Positions 1 through 12,720 of a DNA stretch of 60,000 nucleotides are shown here, piece by piece. The DNA lies in the NCBI RefSeq assembly GCF_018350175.1, contig NC_058369.1:16680001-16740000 (forward strand), written 5' to 3'. A model generated the notes under the pieces. That model had not been told where the DNA came from and searched no databases. It saw nothing but the letters and a program-made list of their open reading frames with translations. Position 1 is the first letter of the stretch, and each line of letters opens with the position of its first letter. This stretch comes from Felis catus. Its lineage: Eukaryota. The position numbers were made by a program, and so were the translations under genes.

Positions 1-347
1 ATACTGAATATTGGCAAGAATGTATTGTGCTTTCTTCTTGGTAGTGGGAGGTATGAGATGCAATAATTTGTCTTTTATTTTGGAGGTGATGTCCCAGACT
101 ACTAAACTCCTAAAAATTTTACTGAATGTGATGGACACCTGAGTCTTCAAAGGATTTATCTCCCAGCCATTGTAGCACATGAGTCTTACCAAGGACTTTA
201 CAATACTATCCATTTATTGCTTATTTGGTTCAATTAGCATGATGTCATCAATATGGTTGACCAATGTGATGATCTGGTGGATGTCGAGATTGTTTAGATC
301 TCTCCATTTTATAATTTGACAGAAGTCAGGAGAATTAAGGCAGCTTT

Positions 348-494
348 GAGCATCTGACTTCAGCTCAGGTCATGATCTCACAGTACATGAGTTCGAGCCC
401 CGCATTGGGCTCTGTGCTGACAGCTCAGAGCCTGGAGCCTATTTCAGATTCTGTGTCTCCCTCCCTCTCTGCCCAACCCCCCACCCCTGCTCAT

Positions 495-545
<51 letters not shown>

Positions 546-565
546 AATAAGCATTAAAACAAACT
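348..565 (+). mobile_element. Can-SINE (feline type), 5'-truncated, with expanded (CT)n
   Basis: cagctcaggtcatgatctc...gagcctggagcc body, (CT)n, A-rich tail. Confidence 0.9.
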
Positions 566-1505
566 TAATAAATAATAGTTTTTCACATTAAATAACTTAA
601 AAAAAACTGTAAATGTATACTGTTGTCCATTCCAAATGAATGTGAATTGTTTTTGAGATTAGAGATTAATATTTATAAACTGTCTTTTAACACTATTATA
701 ATATGCATAGCTTTTGTCTGTTTAGTTCACATTATTTAACCCTAGCATATGACTGAACATAATTCAGCCAAGCCCCCCACATGGTAGAAACAATTTTCTG
801 TCATTTTATCCCTCTGACACTCTTAATTTCTGCCTCCCTAGACAGAAGTCACAACTATTTGTATCTCAGAAAGAAAAATGATATGTACACTCTAAGGAAG
901 TACAATAATGTCCCATGAATTTTTTTAATTGAGAAATTGGTTTGTATGATAATTGGTGCTCAGATTGTACTGAAAAAGGCTAATTTCTATTGAGTTACAC
1001 AAATGCTACTTCTTTTTTCTTTTACTGTTTTATCTAACCCAAGCTATTTCACCCCTACCATGAGAAACCCAAGCAAGTTGAAATTAATCCCAAGCTTGGA
1101 GCAATAAATTAGTAGATTTCTGCTTCTCTCTGTGAACATCTTTTATTTTTATTTTTTGGTTCACCAGTTATAGTACCTGCCAATAGGACTTTTCCAGAAA
1201 TGTGTTCTTTCAACTGCAGTTTATCAAATGCTTTCTGAATGCCAACTCCTGTGGGTAGAAATAGGGGATATGGAGATAAATGAGATCATCTCTGTCTCTG
1301 GGAAGCTCTCAAACTAACTGGGAAACACTTCTAAACAGTTAACATTTCCAGGCGGTGAACAGTAACCCCATTGGTGAGTTTGTTAGTCACTTTGGACCAT
1401 ACTTGAAGCCAAGAGAGTTATTCTGTCCTTTCCCACAGAGAACCAAAGTAGTAGTCAGCTCTATGTGCTAAGTTATGATCATCCGAATGTCTTAACATGG
1501 ACTTT

Positions 1506-1701
1506 GTTTTTTTTTTTAATGTTTATTTATTTTTGAGAGAGTGTGTGAGTGGGGGAGGGGTAGAGAGAGAAGGGGTCAGAGGGTCCAAAGCAGGCTCTGC
1601 TCTGACAGCAGCAAGTCGATGCAGGGCTCGAACCCATGAACCGTGAGATCACGACCTGAGCTGAAGTCGGACACTCACCAACTGGGCCACCCAGGCACCC
1701 C
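1506..1701 (-). mobile_element. Can-SINE with TSD ttaacatggacttt
   Basis: Reverse SINE consensus; direct repeat at 1492-1505 and 1702-1715. Confidence 0.92.
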
Positions 1702-2220
1702 TTAACATGGACTTTCAACAATGGAGCAGCAGGGTGCCAAGGCAGGGGCTGAGATGAAATACTGCCTAAAATCATTCTTAAACATATGCTTCTGTGAGAA
1801 TGTCTGGCTCACTTGACATGTCAGGCCTCCTAGCGTTTGTGCAATGATATAATATCACAGCCATCGGGAAAGAGCCTCCCTCTCCCTTGGAATGCATTTT
1901 TCACAGCTTTTGCATCTAGTTCCTTACAAATCCATGAAGAAGGAGGAATCCAATGGCAATTTAGAGTTGAGCTCCTTGTTGCAATGAGGGCTACTTTTTC
2001 TCCTCAAAAGACCCTTAACAACCCTTGGTCAGTGAGTCATCACAGGCTGAATCCTGGCAAAGCATAATTTTCCAAAAATTGAAAACATGACTTATACAAA
2101 TATGAGGGAGCAAGTAAGATGTCAAAGCTGGTTCAAAGAGCAGGTTGAGCAACTGGGTATTCACAGACATTTATAAAGGGATATTGGGAGAAAAAAAAGT
2201 AATGTTAGAATTAAAATGTT

Positions 2221-2675
2221 AGGGGCGCCTGGGTAGCTCAGTCGGTTAAGTGTCTGACTTTGGCTCAGGTCATGATCTCGCCATCCGTGAATTCGGGCCC
2301 CACGTCAGGCTCTGTGCTGACGGCTCAGAGCCTGGAGCCTGTTTCGGATTCTGTGTCTCCCTCTCTGTCTGCCCCTCCCCCGCTCACACTCTGTCTCTCT
2401 GTCTCTGAAAAATGAATAAACCTTAAAAAAAAAAGAATTAAAATGTTAAGTTAGATGGGGAGCCTGAGTGGCTCAGTCAGTTAAATATCCAACTCTTGAT
2501 TTTGGCTAATCTCACGATTTTATGAGATCAAGCCCCACATCAGGCTCTGAGCTGACAGCTTGGAGCCTGCTTCAGATTCTCTGTCTTCCTCTCTCTTTGT
2601 CTTTCCCCCTGCCCATGCAAAAGTGCATGTACATGTACTCTCAAAACAAATAAATAAATATTTTAAAAATAAATA
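2221..2675 (+). mobile_element. Two tandem Can-SINEs (about 2221-2433 and 2457-2675)
   Basis: ggggcgcctgggtagctcagtcggttaag heads; A tails; TSD agaattaaaatgtta. Confidence 0.9.
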
Positions 2676-2949
2676 AAATGTTAGATAAGATATAAAATTG
2701 GTTTGTGTTGAGAGGGCAATCAAACCATAACCTTTGGGGTTATCTTTTCCAGTGGATAATATTTAGCATATAACTTTAGAGTAATTAATAAATGACAAAG
2801 CACATTACTTTAAGATAGATAATTAAATAACTCTTAGATGAGACCATCATCCCCCTTAATTCTCAGTATGACATTGAAAGTACATACCAACTACCTTTTT
2901 GCCTTTTTTTCCAAGTAGTTTTTCTTTTTTTGTTCCAAGTAATTTTTTT

Positions 2950-3164
2950 AATTTTTTTTTAATGTTTATTTATTATTGAGAGACAGAGAGACACAGAACA
3001 TGAGCAGGGGAGGGGTAGAGAGAGGGGAGACACAGAATCTGAAGTTGGCTCCAGGCTCTGAGCTGTCAGCACAGAGCCTGACACAGGGCTTGAACTCACA
3101 AACTGTGAGATCATGACCTGAGCCGAAGTCGGTCGCCTAAACAACTGAGCCACCTAGGCACCCC
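2950..3164 (-). mobile_element. Can-SINE with TSD tgttccaagtaattttt
   Basis: Reverse consensus with flanking direct repeat. Confidence 0.9.
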
Positions 3165-3822
3165 ATGTTCCAAGTAATTTTTAACAACATCTTTGTATTT
3201 CTTCAGCCAGGGATCTGAGCCCTCTCCCAGCCACCCATCTGTCCCAGCATGGCTTTATAAGTTCATCTTCCCTCTATACCTTTCCCATACTCTCCTATGT
3301 TAGAATTTCTCCCCAACCTCCTTATCAACCAAAGATCCGTGGTTCATTGCCAGAGGTCAAGGTACTACTCACCCTTCAAGGGCAATGCAGTTGGCATCTC
3401 CCCTCAGAGTCAGTGCTGTTAATGAATTGAATCCCCCTTGATGCTATTCCAAATTACTCAGTACCGATCTTTCTTGGCTGGTATGAAAAAAAAAAAAAGG
3501 TTTCTTGGGATTTCACTATTTATTTGCCTGGAACCTCTCTAGAGACAGCCTGATGAAAAACTAAGTCTTCAACTGTTAAGGCATTTGATCCTGTTAAATT
3601 GGATTTGACAGCTTGGGCGCACCTGCACAAAAGCTTTAAAATGAAATGTGCATTTTATTGCATGAGCCTAATTTAGAATTGACCCAAAGGGATGTTTTGT
3701 ACAATTGGTGGGAAATTTGTGGTATCATGTTGAAACTTAACATGACTAAATTCAGCTTTGTAATTCTGATGAAAAAAAAATCATAAAACCTTGGAAACCA
3801 GAAGGATATAGACTGTTATATA

Positions 3823-3824
<2 letters not shown>

Positions 3825-3866
<42 letters not shown>
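3825..3866. repeat. (TG)n microsatellite
   Basis: About 20 TG units. Confidence 0.95.
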
Positions 3867-3867
<1 letters not shown>

Positions 3868-3909
3868 ATACACACAAAAAGAAGGATATAGACTGTTAAC
3901 TCTGGCAGT

Positions 3910-5030
3910 CGATAATGGGACAATCAAATGTCCACATGCAAAAGAATGAATTTGGACTACTACCTCACAAAATAAATTCAAAAGAATGAAAACTGGAAAA
4001 CTCTTAGAAGAAAACATAGGGGTAAATCTTCACGTCTATGGATGTGGCAGTGACTTTTTAGATATGATACCAAAAGCATGAGTAACAAAAGAAAAATAGA
4101 TGAATTGGACTTCATCAAAATCAAAAACTTTTGTGCTTTATAGGACACCATCAAGAAAATGAGCCCACATATAGGAGAAAATATTTGCAAATTATGTATC
4201 TGATAAGGGACATGTATCTAGACTATATAAAGAACTCTTACCATGCAATAATGAAAAGAGAAATAACCCATTAAAAATGGGCAAAGGATGAAATAGACAT
4301 TTCTCCAAAGAAGATATACAAATGGCCAATAAGCACATGAAAAGATACTCAACGTCATTAGTCATTAGGAAAATGCACATCAAAACCACAATGAGATAGC
4401 ACTTCATATCTACTGGGATGGCTATAATAAACAAGACAAATAATTACAAGTATTGTTTAACACGTGGAGAAATTGGAACCCTTAAACGCTGCTGGAGAAA
4501 GACAAAATGGTACAGCCGCTTTGAAAAACAGTCTGGCAACTACTCAAAAGGTTAAACACAGAGCTACAATATGACCCAGCAGTTCCACTCCTAGGTATAT
4601 ATTCAAAAGAAGTGAAAATATACATCTACACAAAACCTTGTACTTGGTTCGTAACAGCACCATCCATAATAGCCCCAAAGTGGAAACAATCCAAATATCC
4701 ATCAACTGATGAATGGATAAAATAATTGTGATATATCCATACAATGGACTATAATTCAGCTATAAAAAGGAATGAAATACTGATACACGCTGCAACATAC
4801 ATTAACCTTGAAAACATTATGCTAAGTGAAAGAAGCCAGTCATACGTGGTGTGAAGTGTTCAGAACAGACAAACCTATAGACAGAAAATAGATTGGTGGT
4901 TGTCTATGACTCGAGAGTGGCATGAGGAAACGAGGAGTGATTGCTAATAGTACAAGGTTTTTTAAGGGGTGAAAATGTTCTAATATTAGACTGTGGGGAT
5001 AATTGCACAACACTGAATATACTAAGAACA
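3910..5030 (+). mobile_element. Old L1 (L1MA/MB-like) ORF2 end and 3' UTR
   Basis: agacatttctccaaagaagatatacaaatggccaataagcacatgaaaaga; degraded ORF2. Confidence 0.88.
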
Positions 5031-5034
5031 GAGT

Positions 5035-5118
5035 TGATAGTTGTGACAGAGACTGTACAGTCCACAAAGCCTAACATACTTACTATCTAGCCCTTTACCA
5101 AAAAGTTTGCCAATCTCT
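5035..5118. mobile_element. MER58-like hAT-Charlie fragment
   Basis: acagagactgtacagtccacaaagcctaa...ccctttaccaaaaagtttgccaa. Confidence 0.6.
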
Positions 5119-5868
5119 CCCTTACAGTGAGTTTTAGATTGGGAAGTGGGAGTCCTCCAACTTCATTCTTTTTGTTCATTGTTTTGGCTATCCTGGGTTC
5201 TTTGCATTTCCATATTAATTTGAGGATTGGCTTGTCAATTTTGGCAAAAAAAAAAACACTGCTGGATTTTGATAGTGATTATGTTAAATTTGCAGATCAA
5301 ATTAAGGAGATCATTTTAAAAAATTTATCTGAAATTGTCTGATTTAACCATGAGAGCCTCTTCCAACTTTCCTCCAGGTCCTTTTGATAAAAATTGTATT
5401 ATTCTTTGAGGACTTCCTTGCTTTCTGGCAAGGAATACCAAGCTCATCTCATAACTTTTCTTATAACAGCCAAGGAATTCTGGATTTTTGGTGGAGGATG
5501 GTATTTAGAGGCCAAGGTCTTGGTACTTGGTGTTAAATCTGGTACCTTGCTGTTGAAGGTGTTACTGCTCCAAAACCCTCTCAGTGCCCAGAGCTAGGGA
5601 TATAGGGAATATTTGCATGTGAATACACACACACACACAAACACATTTATTAAGGTAGGACTTCCTACCACCTCTGAGACTAGCAGAGACAACCTGTCTT
5701 CTTTTCTCGTGTTCCAGTTGGGAACCCAAGAAGTCAAGGAACACTCCCCAAAGCACCCTATTAGTGACGGACACAGGCCTGGCTGAACACAGACCTCTCT
5801 ACCCTCTTATGGATTTGCTTGTTTCCTGGGATTCTGCAGCAAGCACAGGCCTGACTCCCAATAGGAGG

Positions 5869-6320
5869 ATGTCTTAGATTGGTTTCCTTTGAAACAGACT
5901 CTGAGCTGCAGAGAATTTGTTCAGCAAAATGGTACAGCAAGGTTGTTAGAGGATGTGCTCAGTAGACATAACAGTAAGGGGGTGAGGGAGGCAGAACTGG
6001 GCAAAGGGAGCAGCTGACCCCCAGTGAGATTGCAAATGGGGCCTCAGATAATCCTACAAGCAGATCTGGAGCTGGGGTAGCCCCACAGAGTTGACTCAAA
6101 TTGTGTAATGAAGAGCAAGCTTTTAAATCTCCATATGCACCAACCACTAGCTATGAGCCTGGAAGGGGGCATATTCTGCACAGACAGTTCCCTTTGGCTG
6201 AGGACAGTTTCTGGTGAGGAGTGCAGCTATGAACTGTCAGCAACTATTATTTCCAGCAGTGGAGGGGTGGGCACATCAGCTCCGAAGAGGGAATGGAATA
6301 GAGCCCCCCAGAATCCCCTA
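5869..6320. mobile_element. ERVL-class solo LTR (LTR16-like)
   Basis: tgtcttagattggtttcc...cagactctgag; ggagctggggtagccccacagagttg resemble recalled ERVL LTR consensus. Confidence 0.5.
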
Positions 6321-7297
6321 GAGGGAAGGAAGTCTGGGCTGTAGGCAGTGGCATCAGACAAGCATCCAGCCCTGCACAGCAGGTAGAGCTCAAAGAGCAG
6401 AATTGGAACAGGCAAGAGCAGCTGGCATTTTGGCTGTGGAGACAGACTGGGCATGAAGAGGCCACATGGTGTGAGGAAGCTCTAAGCTAGAACTTCTACC
6501 TCCAGTCTGTGTGTTCAGGGGCTGGATGGTCTAACTGAAGAAAAAAAAAAAATCACAGCCTCTCTGAGTAGCTTCCTTCTAGTCCATCAACTTCAAGTAG
6601 CAACTGTGATTTAGTTTTCAGTGTTGCCTTCCTCCTTTAGTAATTGACATAAGACAATTGATAAATTGATCTCCGTAAAAAAGCATAAGAATCATCAGAA
6701 AAATTCCGATTCTTACAATGGAGTCTTAGTCTGAGACTGGTTATGACCCTTGGATACTCCTCACCTGCCATGTAACGATAGCCTAATATCATCCTGATGC
6801 TGCCCTGTGGTCAGCTCAGCCCACAGGGAAAGCCTGGAAGAAAGTACTTTTCTGCTCAAGTCAGGAGACTTGGACATCTGGGACTGTGGGATTTTTGCCT
6901 GGTCTACCCCTCCTGCTGTTAGCCCCAGCTGCAAAGACCAGTCACCACTACACTTTCAGCATGATTACTGAGTGCTGCACGGGCTTTATAACTGGCTGTT
7001 CCCAGAGAACCTGGGACCAGCTGCCTCCTCTGGTATTTCTCACCCAACCCCCAAACTGTGGCTCCTTAATGTACATTGTCCTCTGACGTTCAACCTGGAG
7101 AAAAGTGAAATAGTCGCACCTCTGACTTATTTACTTCCTATTCCTCTCTTCCAAAACATTGGAAGAAAGTAAAAATCACACGTTACCCTGGAAATAAATA
7201 CTGATGATATTTGCATAATAATATTTATTTGTATGTGTATTTGAAATGGAACACACTATATTTTTTTCATTTAATAGTATATTTGTTTATCTGATTT

Positions 7298-7493
7298 TTT
7301 AAAAAATATTTATTTTTGAAAGAGAGAGAGAGAACACAAACGGGAGGGGCAGAGAAAGAGGGAAAACAGAGGATCTGGAGCCGGCTCCTTGCTGACAGCA
7401 GAAAACCTGACACGGGGCTCAAACCCAGAAACAGCGAGATTATGACCTGAGCCAAAGTCAGATGCTTAACTGATTGAGCCACTCAGGTACCCC
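7298..7493 (-). mobile_element. Can-SINE
   Basis: Reverse consensus. Confidence 0.9.
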
Positions 7494-7501
7494 TGTTTAT
7501 C

Positions 7502-7504
<3 letters not shown>

Positions 7505-7546
<42 letters not shown>

Positions 7547-8745
7547 TTAATTTACATCCAAGTTAGTATATAGTGCAACAGTGATTTCAGGAGTAGATTT
7601 CTTAATGCCCCTTACCCATTTAGCCCATCCCCCTACCCACAACCCCTCCAGCAACCCTCTGTTTGTTCTCTGCATTTAAGAGTCCCTTACAGGGTCACCT
7701 GGGTGGCTCAGTCGGTTAAGCGTCCGACTTCAGCTCAGGTCACGACCTCGCACTCCATGAGTTTGAGCCCCGCGTCGGGCTCTGGGCTGCTGGCTCAGAG
7801 CCTGGAGCCTGCTTCCGATTTTGTGTCTCCCTCTCTCTCTGCCCTTCCTCCATTCATGCTCTGTCTCAAAAATAAATAAAGATTAAAAAAACACAAGAGT
7901 CGCCTATGTTTTGTCCCCCTCCCTGTTTTTATATTATTTTTGTGTCCCTTCCCTTGTGTTCATCTCTTCTGTGTCTTAAAGTCCTCAAATGAGTGAAGTC
8001 ATATGATATTTGTCTTTCTCTGACTAATTTCGCTTAGCATAATAGTTCCATCCACATAGTTGCAAATGGCAAGATTTCATTCTTTTGGATTGCCGAGTAA
8101 TATTTCCCTGATGATGAGTGAAGTTGAGCATTTTTTCATGTATCAGTTGGCTATCTGGATGTCTTCTTTGGAGAAGTGTCTATTCATGTCTTTTGACCAT
8201 TCATTCACTGGATTATTTGTTTTTTGGGTATTGAGTTTGATAAGTTATTTATAGATTTTGGATACTAACCCTTTAGCTGATATGTTGTTTGCAAATAACT
8301 TCTCCCATTCCATCAGTTGCCTTTTAGTTTTGCTGATTGTTTCCTTCACCGTGCAGAAGCTTTTTACTTTGATGAGGTCCGAATAGTTCATTTTTGCTTT
8401 GTTTTCCCTTGCCTCTGGAGACGTGTTGAGTAAGAAGTTGCTGCGGCGAAGATCAAAAAGGTTTTTGCCTGCTTTCTCCTCGAGGATTTTGATGTCTTCC
8501 TGTCTTACATTTAGGTCTTTCATCCATTTTGAGTTAATTTTTGTGTATGGTGCAAGAAAGTGGTCCAGGTTCATTTTTCTGCATGTCGCTGTCCAGTTTT
8601 CCCAGCACCACTTGCTGACAAGACTGTCTTTATTCCATTGGATATTCTTTCCTGCTTTGTCAAAGATTAGTTGGCCATATGTTTGTGGGTCCATTTCTGG
8701 GTTCTGTATTCTGTTCCATTGATTTGAGTGTCTGTTTTTGTGCCA
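7505..8745 (-). mobile_element. 5'-truncated carnivore L1 with (TTA)n tail, nested + strand Can-SINE (about 7690-7893) and an internal deletion
   Basis: ORF 8245-8796 is L1 ORF2 ([22 protein letters not shown]...KWCWENW); carnivore L1 3' UTR; TSD-like tgtttRtcttattt. Confidence 0.92.
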
Positions 8746-9456
8746 TGTTTGTCTTATTTTTAACAGCTGTATACTCTTCCAAGTATACTCGTACAACTCA
8801 TTGAATCAATTCTCCCTTCATTTTGGGTGCTAATGATTGTTCACTCTTAAACAATGGTATTTATCTTTGTAGATAAATCTCTGTTCATCACCATGATGTT
8901 TTCCTTAGTAAATTCCCAAAATTAGAATTTCTGGGTCCAGGGATAAATGAAAGTGATGCATGCTCAGCGTCAAAAATCTAGATAACTCAGCAGTTTCTAT
9001 TGCTAACAGGTATATATCCTTCTAGACCTTTTTCTCTGGACATTCCTACACATTTGTGCACACACACAGACACACACTTATAGAAGGTAAAATGGTTTCA
9101 TACTATGCATTTTGTTCCACAGCTTGCTCTTTTATAAAAACTACAATAGATCATGAACATCTATTCTCCTAGTCGATAATTATAATTTTACCTCATTTTA
9201 TGTAAGTCACAAAATGTTCCAGAATAAGGGTATAGTATACTTCGTGAACTTTCCCCCTATGGACAGACAGTTGTCTACAGTTTTCCTCTTATCCAAATCA
9301 TGTGGCAGTATATATTCTTGTTGGTATAAATTTGCACAGTTATATGAGTAATTTTGTAGAGTAAATTTCTAGATGTGGACTGCTGGACCAAAGGGTGTTA
9401 GGAATGCACTGCAGTTCAGTCTCAGCCTTTGTATTATACCAAAATCTGATATTTGA

Positions 9457-9657
9457 GGGGCGCCTGGGAGGCTCAGTCAGTTTGGTGTCCGACTTTGGCT
9501 CAGGTCACGACCTCATGGTCCATGGGTTTGAGCCCCACGTTGGGCTCTGTGCTGATAGCTCAGAGCCTGGAGCCTGCTTTGAATTCTGTGTGTCCTTCTC
9601 TCTGCCCCTCCCCTGCTCATGCTCTGTGTTTCTCTAGAATAAATAAACATTTAAACA
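9457..9657 (+). mobile_element. Can-SINE
   Basis: Consensus head and tail. Confidence 0.88.
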
Positions 9658-9809
9658 AATGTGGTATTTGAGTTTGGGTTTAACCAAATACCCAAATACC
9701 TACCTCATAATTACTTCTGACTTCCCTGAATTTGTCACCAGTGATCACATGGTAGGCCCAGACATCAGGAAGTCCATCTAGCCAGCTAGGCTCCTTCTTA
9801 ACTTGATGA

Positions 9810-10792
9810 CTGTGGTAGCTAAAATAGTGCTTCTCTTTCCAAAGATGTCCATGTCCTAAGTCCTAATATCTGGAACCTGTGAGTATGTTAGGTTACATGG
9901 CAAAGGTGAATTAAGGTTGCAGTTAGAACCAAGTTTTCTAATTAGCTGGTTTTAAAATAAAGAAATTATCCAGGGTACTTGGGTGCGTCAGTCAGTTAAG
10001 TGTCTGACTTTGGCTCAGGTCATGATCTCATGGTTTGTGAGTTTAAGCCCCACATCAGGCTCATTGCTGACAGCATGGAGCCTGCTTTGGATCCTCTGTC
10101 CCCCTCTCTCTCTGCCCCTCCTCCATTCATGTGCTCGCTCTCTCTCTCTCTCTCTCAAAAATAAACATTAAAAATAAAATAAAGAAATTATCCTGGATTA
10201 TCCAGACGGGGACAATGTTATAACAACCATCCTTAAAAGAGGGAGAAGAAAAGGAGAGTCAAAGGGAGACATGACACTGGAAGAATTTTCAGAGATATGG
10301 CTTTGAAGTTGGAAGGAATTATGCCCTATAAATTTAAGTTTCTACAGTGTTTAGCTCCATTTGTTCAAAAACGAAAACTTTTCATGTAAAACCAACTAGT
10401 AAATGTAGAGTTGTTGTAACCTTTACAATGCAGGTTAACATAACCTTAGGCAGTGATGTGGAATACAAAGCATCGCTGCCAATGGCTCATCTGCACCGCC
10501 CACCGCAGCTCTGGCTTCTCTGCTATTCTTAAACTCATTTTTGCTGGTAAAATAATGGACAGTTTTATTTTTAAGGTTAGCAGGACCATGAGCCAAGGAA
10601 TGTAGGCAGCCCGCAGAATCTGAAAAAGGCAAGGAAATGGATTCTTCCCTAGTGCCACCTTGATTTTAGCCCCATGTCAAACCTCAAACTGTAAAACAAT
10701 AAATGTGTACTGTTTGTATTAAATAAAATTGTATTGTTTCACACTACTGAGTTTGTGATAATTTATAACAGCAGCAATAGAACACTAATATA
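9810..10792 (+). mobile_element. MaLR solo LTR (MLT1D/E-like), interrupted by a Can-SINE (about 9971-10175) and a non-repeat insert
   Basis: aaagatgtccatgtcctaa...ggaacctgtgagtatgtta; aaaggcaaggaaatggattct; ends acagcagcaatagaacactaata. Confidence 0.82.
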
Positions 10793-10973
10793 GTCATCAG
10801 GGGATTTCTGGGCCTAACAACAGTGAGTCTGGTGAAGTATTTAGGGGATGGAAGATCAGTAAAGTAAATGCTTGATGGGACACACATGGCAAAAACCAGG
10901 AGTGTTTTGGGAATCACAAGCATACAAAGTTTCGTTCACATGTTTCAGATGTTTGTTCAAGACAGTCCCCTCA

Positions 10974-11200
10974 GGGGCGCCTGGGAGGCTCAGTCAGTTG
11001 GGAGTCTGACTTCAGCTCAGGTCATGATCTCAACATTCATGGGTTCGAGCCCCGTGTCAGGCTCTGTGCTGACAGTTCAGAGCCTGGAGCCTGCTTCTGA
11101 TTCCGTGTCTCCCTCTCTCTGCCCCTCCTCTGCTCATGCTCTCTCTCTCTCAATAATAAATAAATGTTAAAAAAAAATTTTTTAATACTACTAATAAAAA
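10974..11200 (+). mobile_element. Can-SINE with TSD aagacagtccc
   Basis: Consensus plus direct repeat. Confidence 0.9.
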
Positions 11201-11419
11201 AAGACAGTCCCTTAGGCACAGCAGGATGTAACAGAATTGCTGGTTGAAGGCAGAGAGTGGGCTGTTTTCACCATTTTTCTTCGGGCAAAGAAATTACCTG
11301 ACCTGTCAAAGATTTGGGAACTGCCTTGTCATGCTTATACAAGTTGCTCAAATAAGGTGAAACGGCAGCTGTTAGGTGTTCAGTTCAACAACAAGAAGAC
11401 TTGTCACTATTTTTTAATA

Positions 11420-12050
11420 ATAATACCAGCGTAGGACTTACTAGCAACCAATGGTGGCTTACAACCAAAGTAGTTTGCAGGAACCTGATAAAGAGAACTA
11501 AAACCAACTTAATTTCCTGTCTCTGCATTAAAAAATACCAGGCATACTTTCCTGTCCTTGTATTAAATAATATGGAGAACAAGCAAAAATAGCTTAGCTA
11601 TTTGCTCCAAGAAATACTTGCTCCCAGAACACTATGGACTAACAAGAAGAGCTTACTTACTGAAACTAGCATTTTACTCAAGACCTGCTTAAAGAGTGTT
11701 GCCTTACCAGGTGTTGTATGTAAGTGTTGAATCACTAAATTCTACACCTGAAACTGATATTACACTGTATGTTAATTGACTTGAATTTAAATTAAAAAAA
11801 AAAACAAAAACTGTTGCCTCACTGTGCCTGCCAATCCAAAATGGTTGTTATAAACTCTGCCTAGTCTTAATCAGTTTCCTGCTCCTTAAAGTCACCTAGT
11901 TTAGGCCCTAACACTCTATAACTATCCTCCCCTGACTCTCACCTTCTGAGAAATTGTTATGACTTAGTCAAGTTGGCATTCTTAATGCAGTAAGTCTATC
12001 AAATTTAGCTTTACTTGATAAATAGCTTTCCAGGCAGTCTTTTGGAAGGT
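11420..12050 (+). mobile_element. ERV1-like LTR remnant containing a ~100-bp carnivore L1 3' tip (about 11708-11810)
   Basis: L1 tip tcactaaattctacacctgaaactgatattacactgtatgtta + poly(A), flanked by tgttgccttac/tgttgcctcac; LTR family assignment tentative. Confidence 0.5.
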
Positions 12051-12280
12051 CTCTACTTAACAGAAGTAATCTTGAGAGTGCCAGTGTATGTCTCCTGCGA
12101 AACCAGCTGTAGAGATCCTTCACTGGTCCCACTCCGGGGAAGATGCTAAAATTGGTGTGTATGCAATGGAAGCTGAGTATCTTGTTACCTTAAAAACAAG
12201 TTACACTGCTCCATAGCCACAGTTCTAGATCCAAGGCCAAAGGATGGTATTATGGGACACTATTAGAAATAAAAATACGT

Positions 12281-12720
12281 AGGGACGCCTGGGTGGGTCA
12301 GTCGGTTGAGCGTCTGACTTTGGCTCAGGTCATGATCTCACAGCTCGTGAGTTCGAGCCCCATGTTGGGCTCTGTGCTGACAGCTCGGAGTCTGCAGCCT
12401 GCTTCAGATTCTGTGCCTCCCTCTCTCTCTGCCCCAACCCACTCGCATTCTGTCTCTTTCTCTCTCAAAAATAAATTTTAAAAATCAAAAAAAATTTAAA
12501 AGATAAAAATAAAAATACATAGGGGTGCTTGGGTGGCTCAATCTGTTGAGTGCCCGACTCTTGACTTCAGCTCAGGTCATGATCTCACAGTTCTTGAGTT
12601 CGAGCCCTGTGTTGGGATCTGCACTGACAGTACAGATCCTGCTTGGGATTCTCTCTATCCCTCTCTCTCTTCCCCTCCCCCACTGTCTCTCTCTCTCTCT
12701 CTAAATAAACGAAAAAAAAA
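12281..12720 (+). mobile_element. Two tandem Can-SINEs (about 12281-12500 and 12521-12720)
   Basis: Two heads separated by repeat aaataaaaatacRta. Confidence 0.9.
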
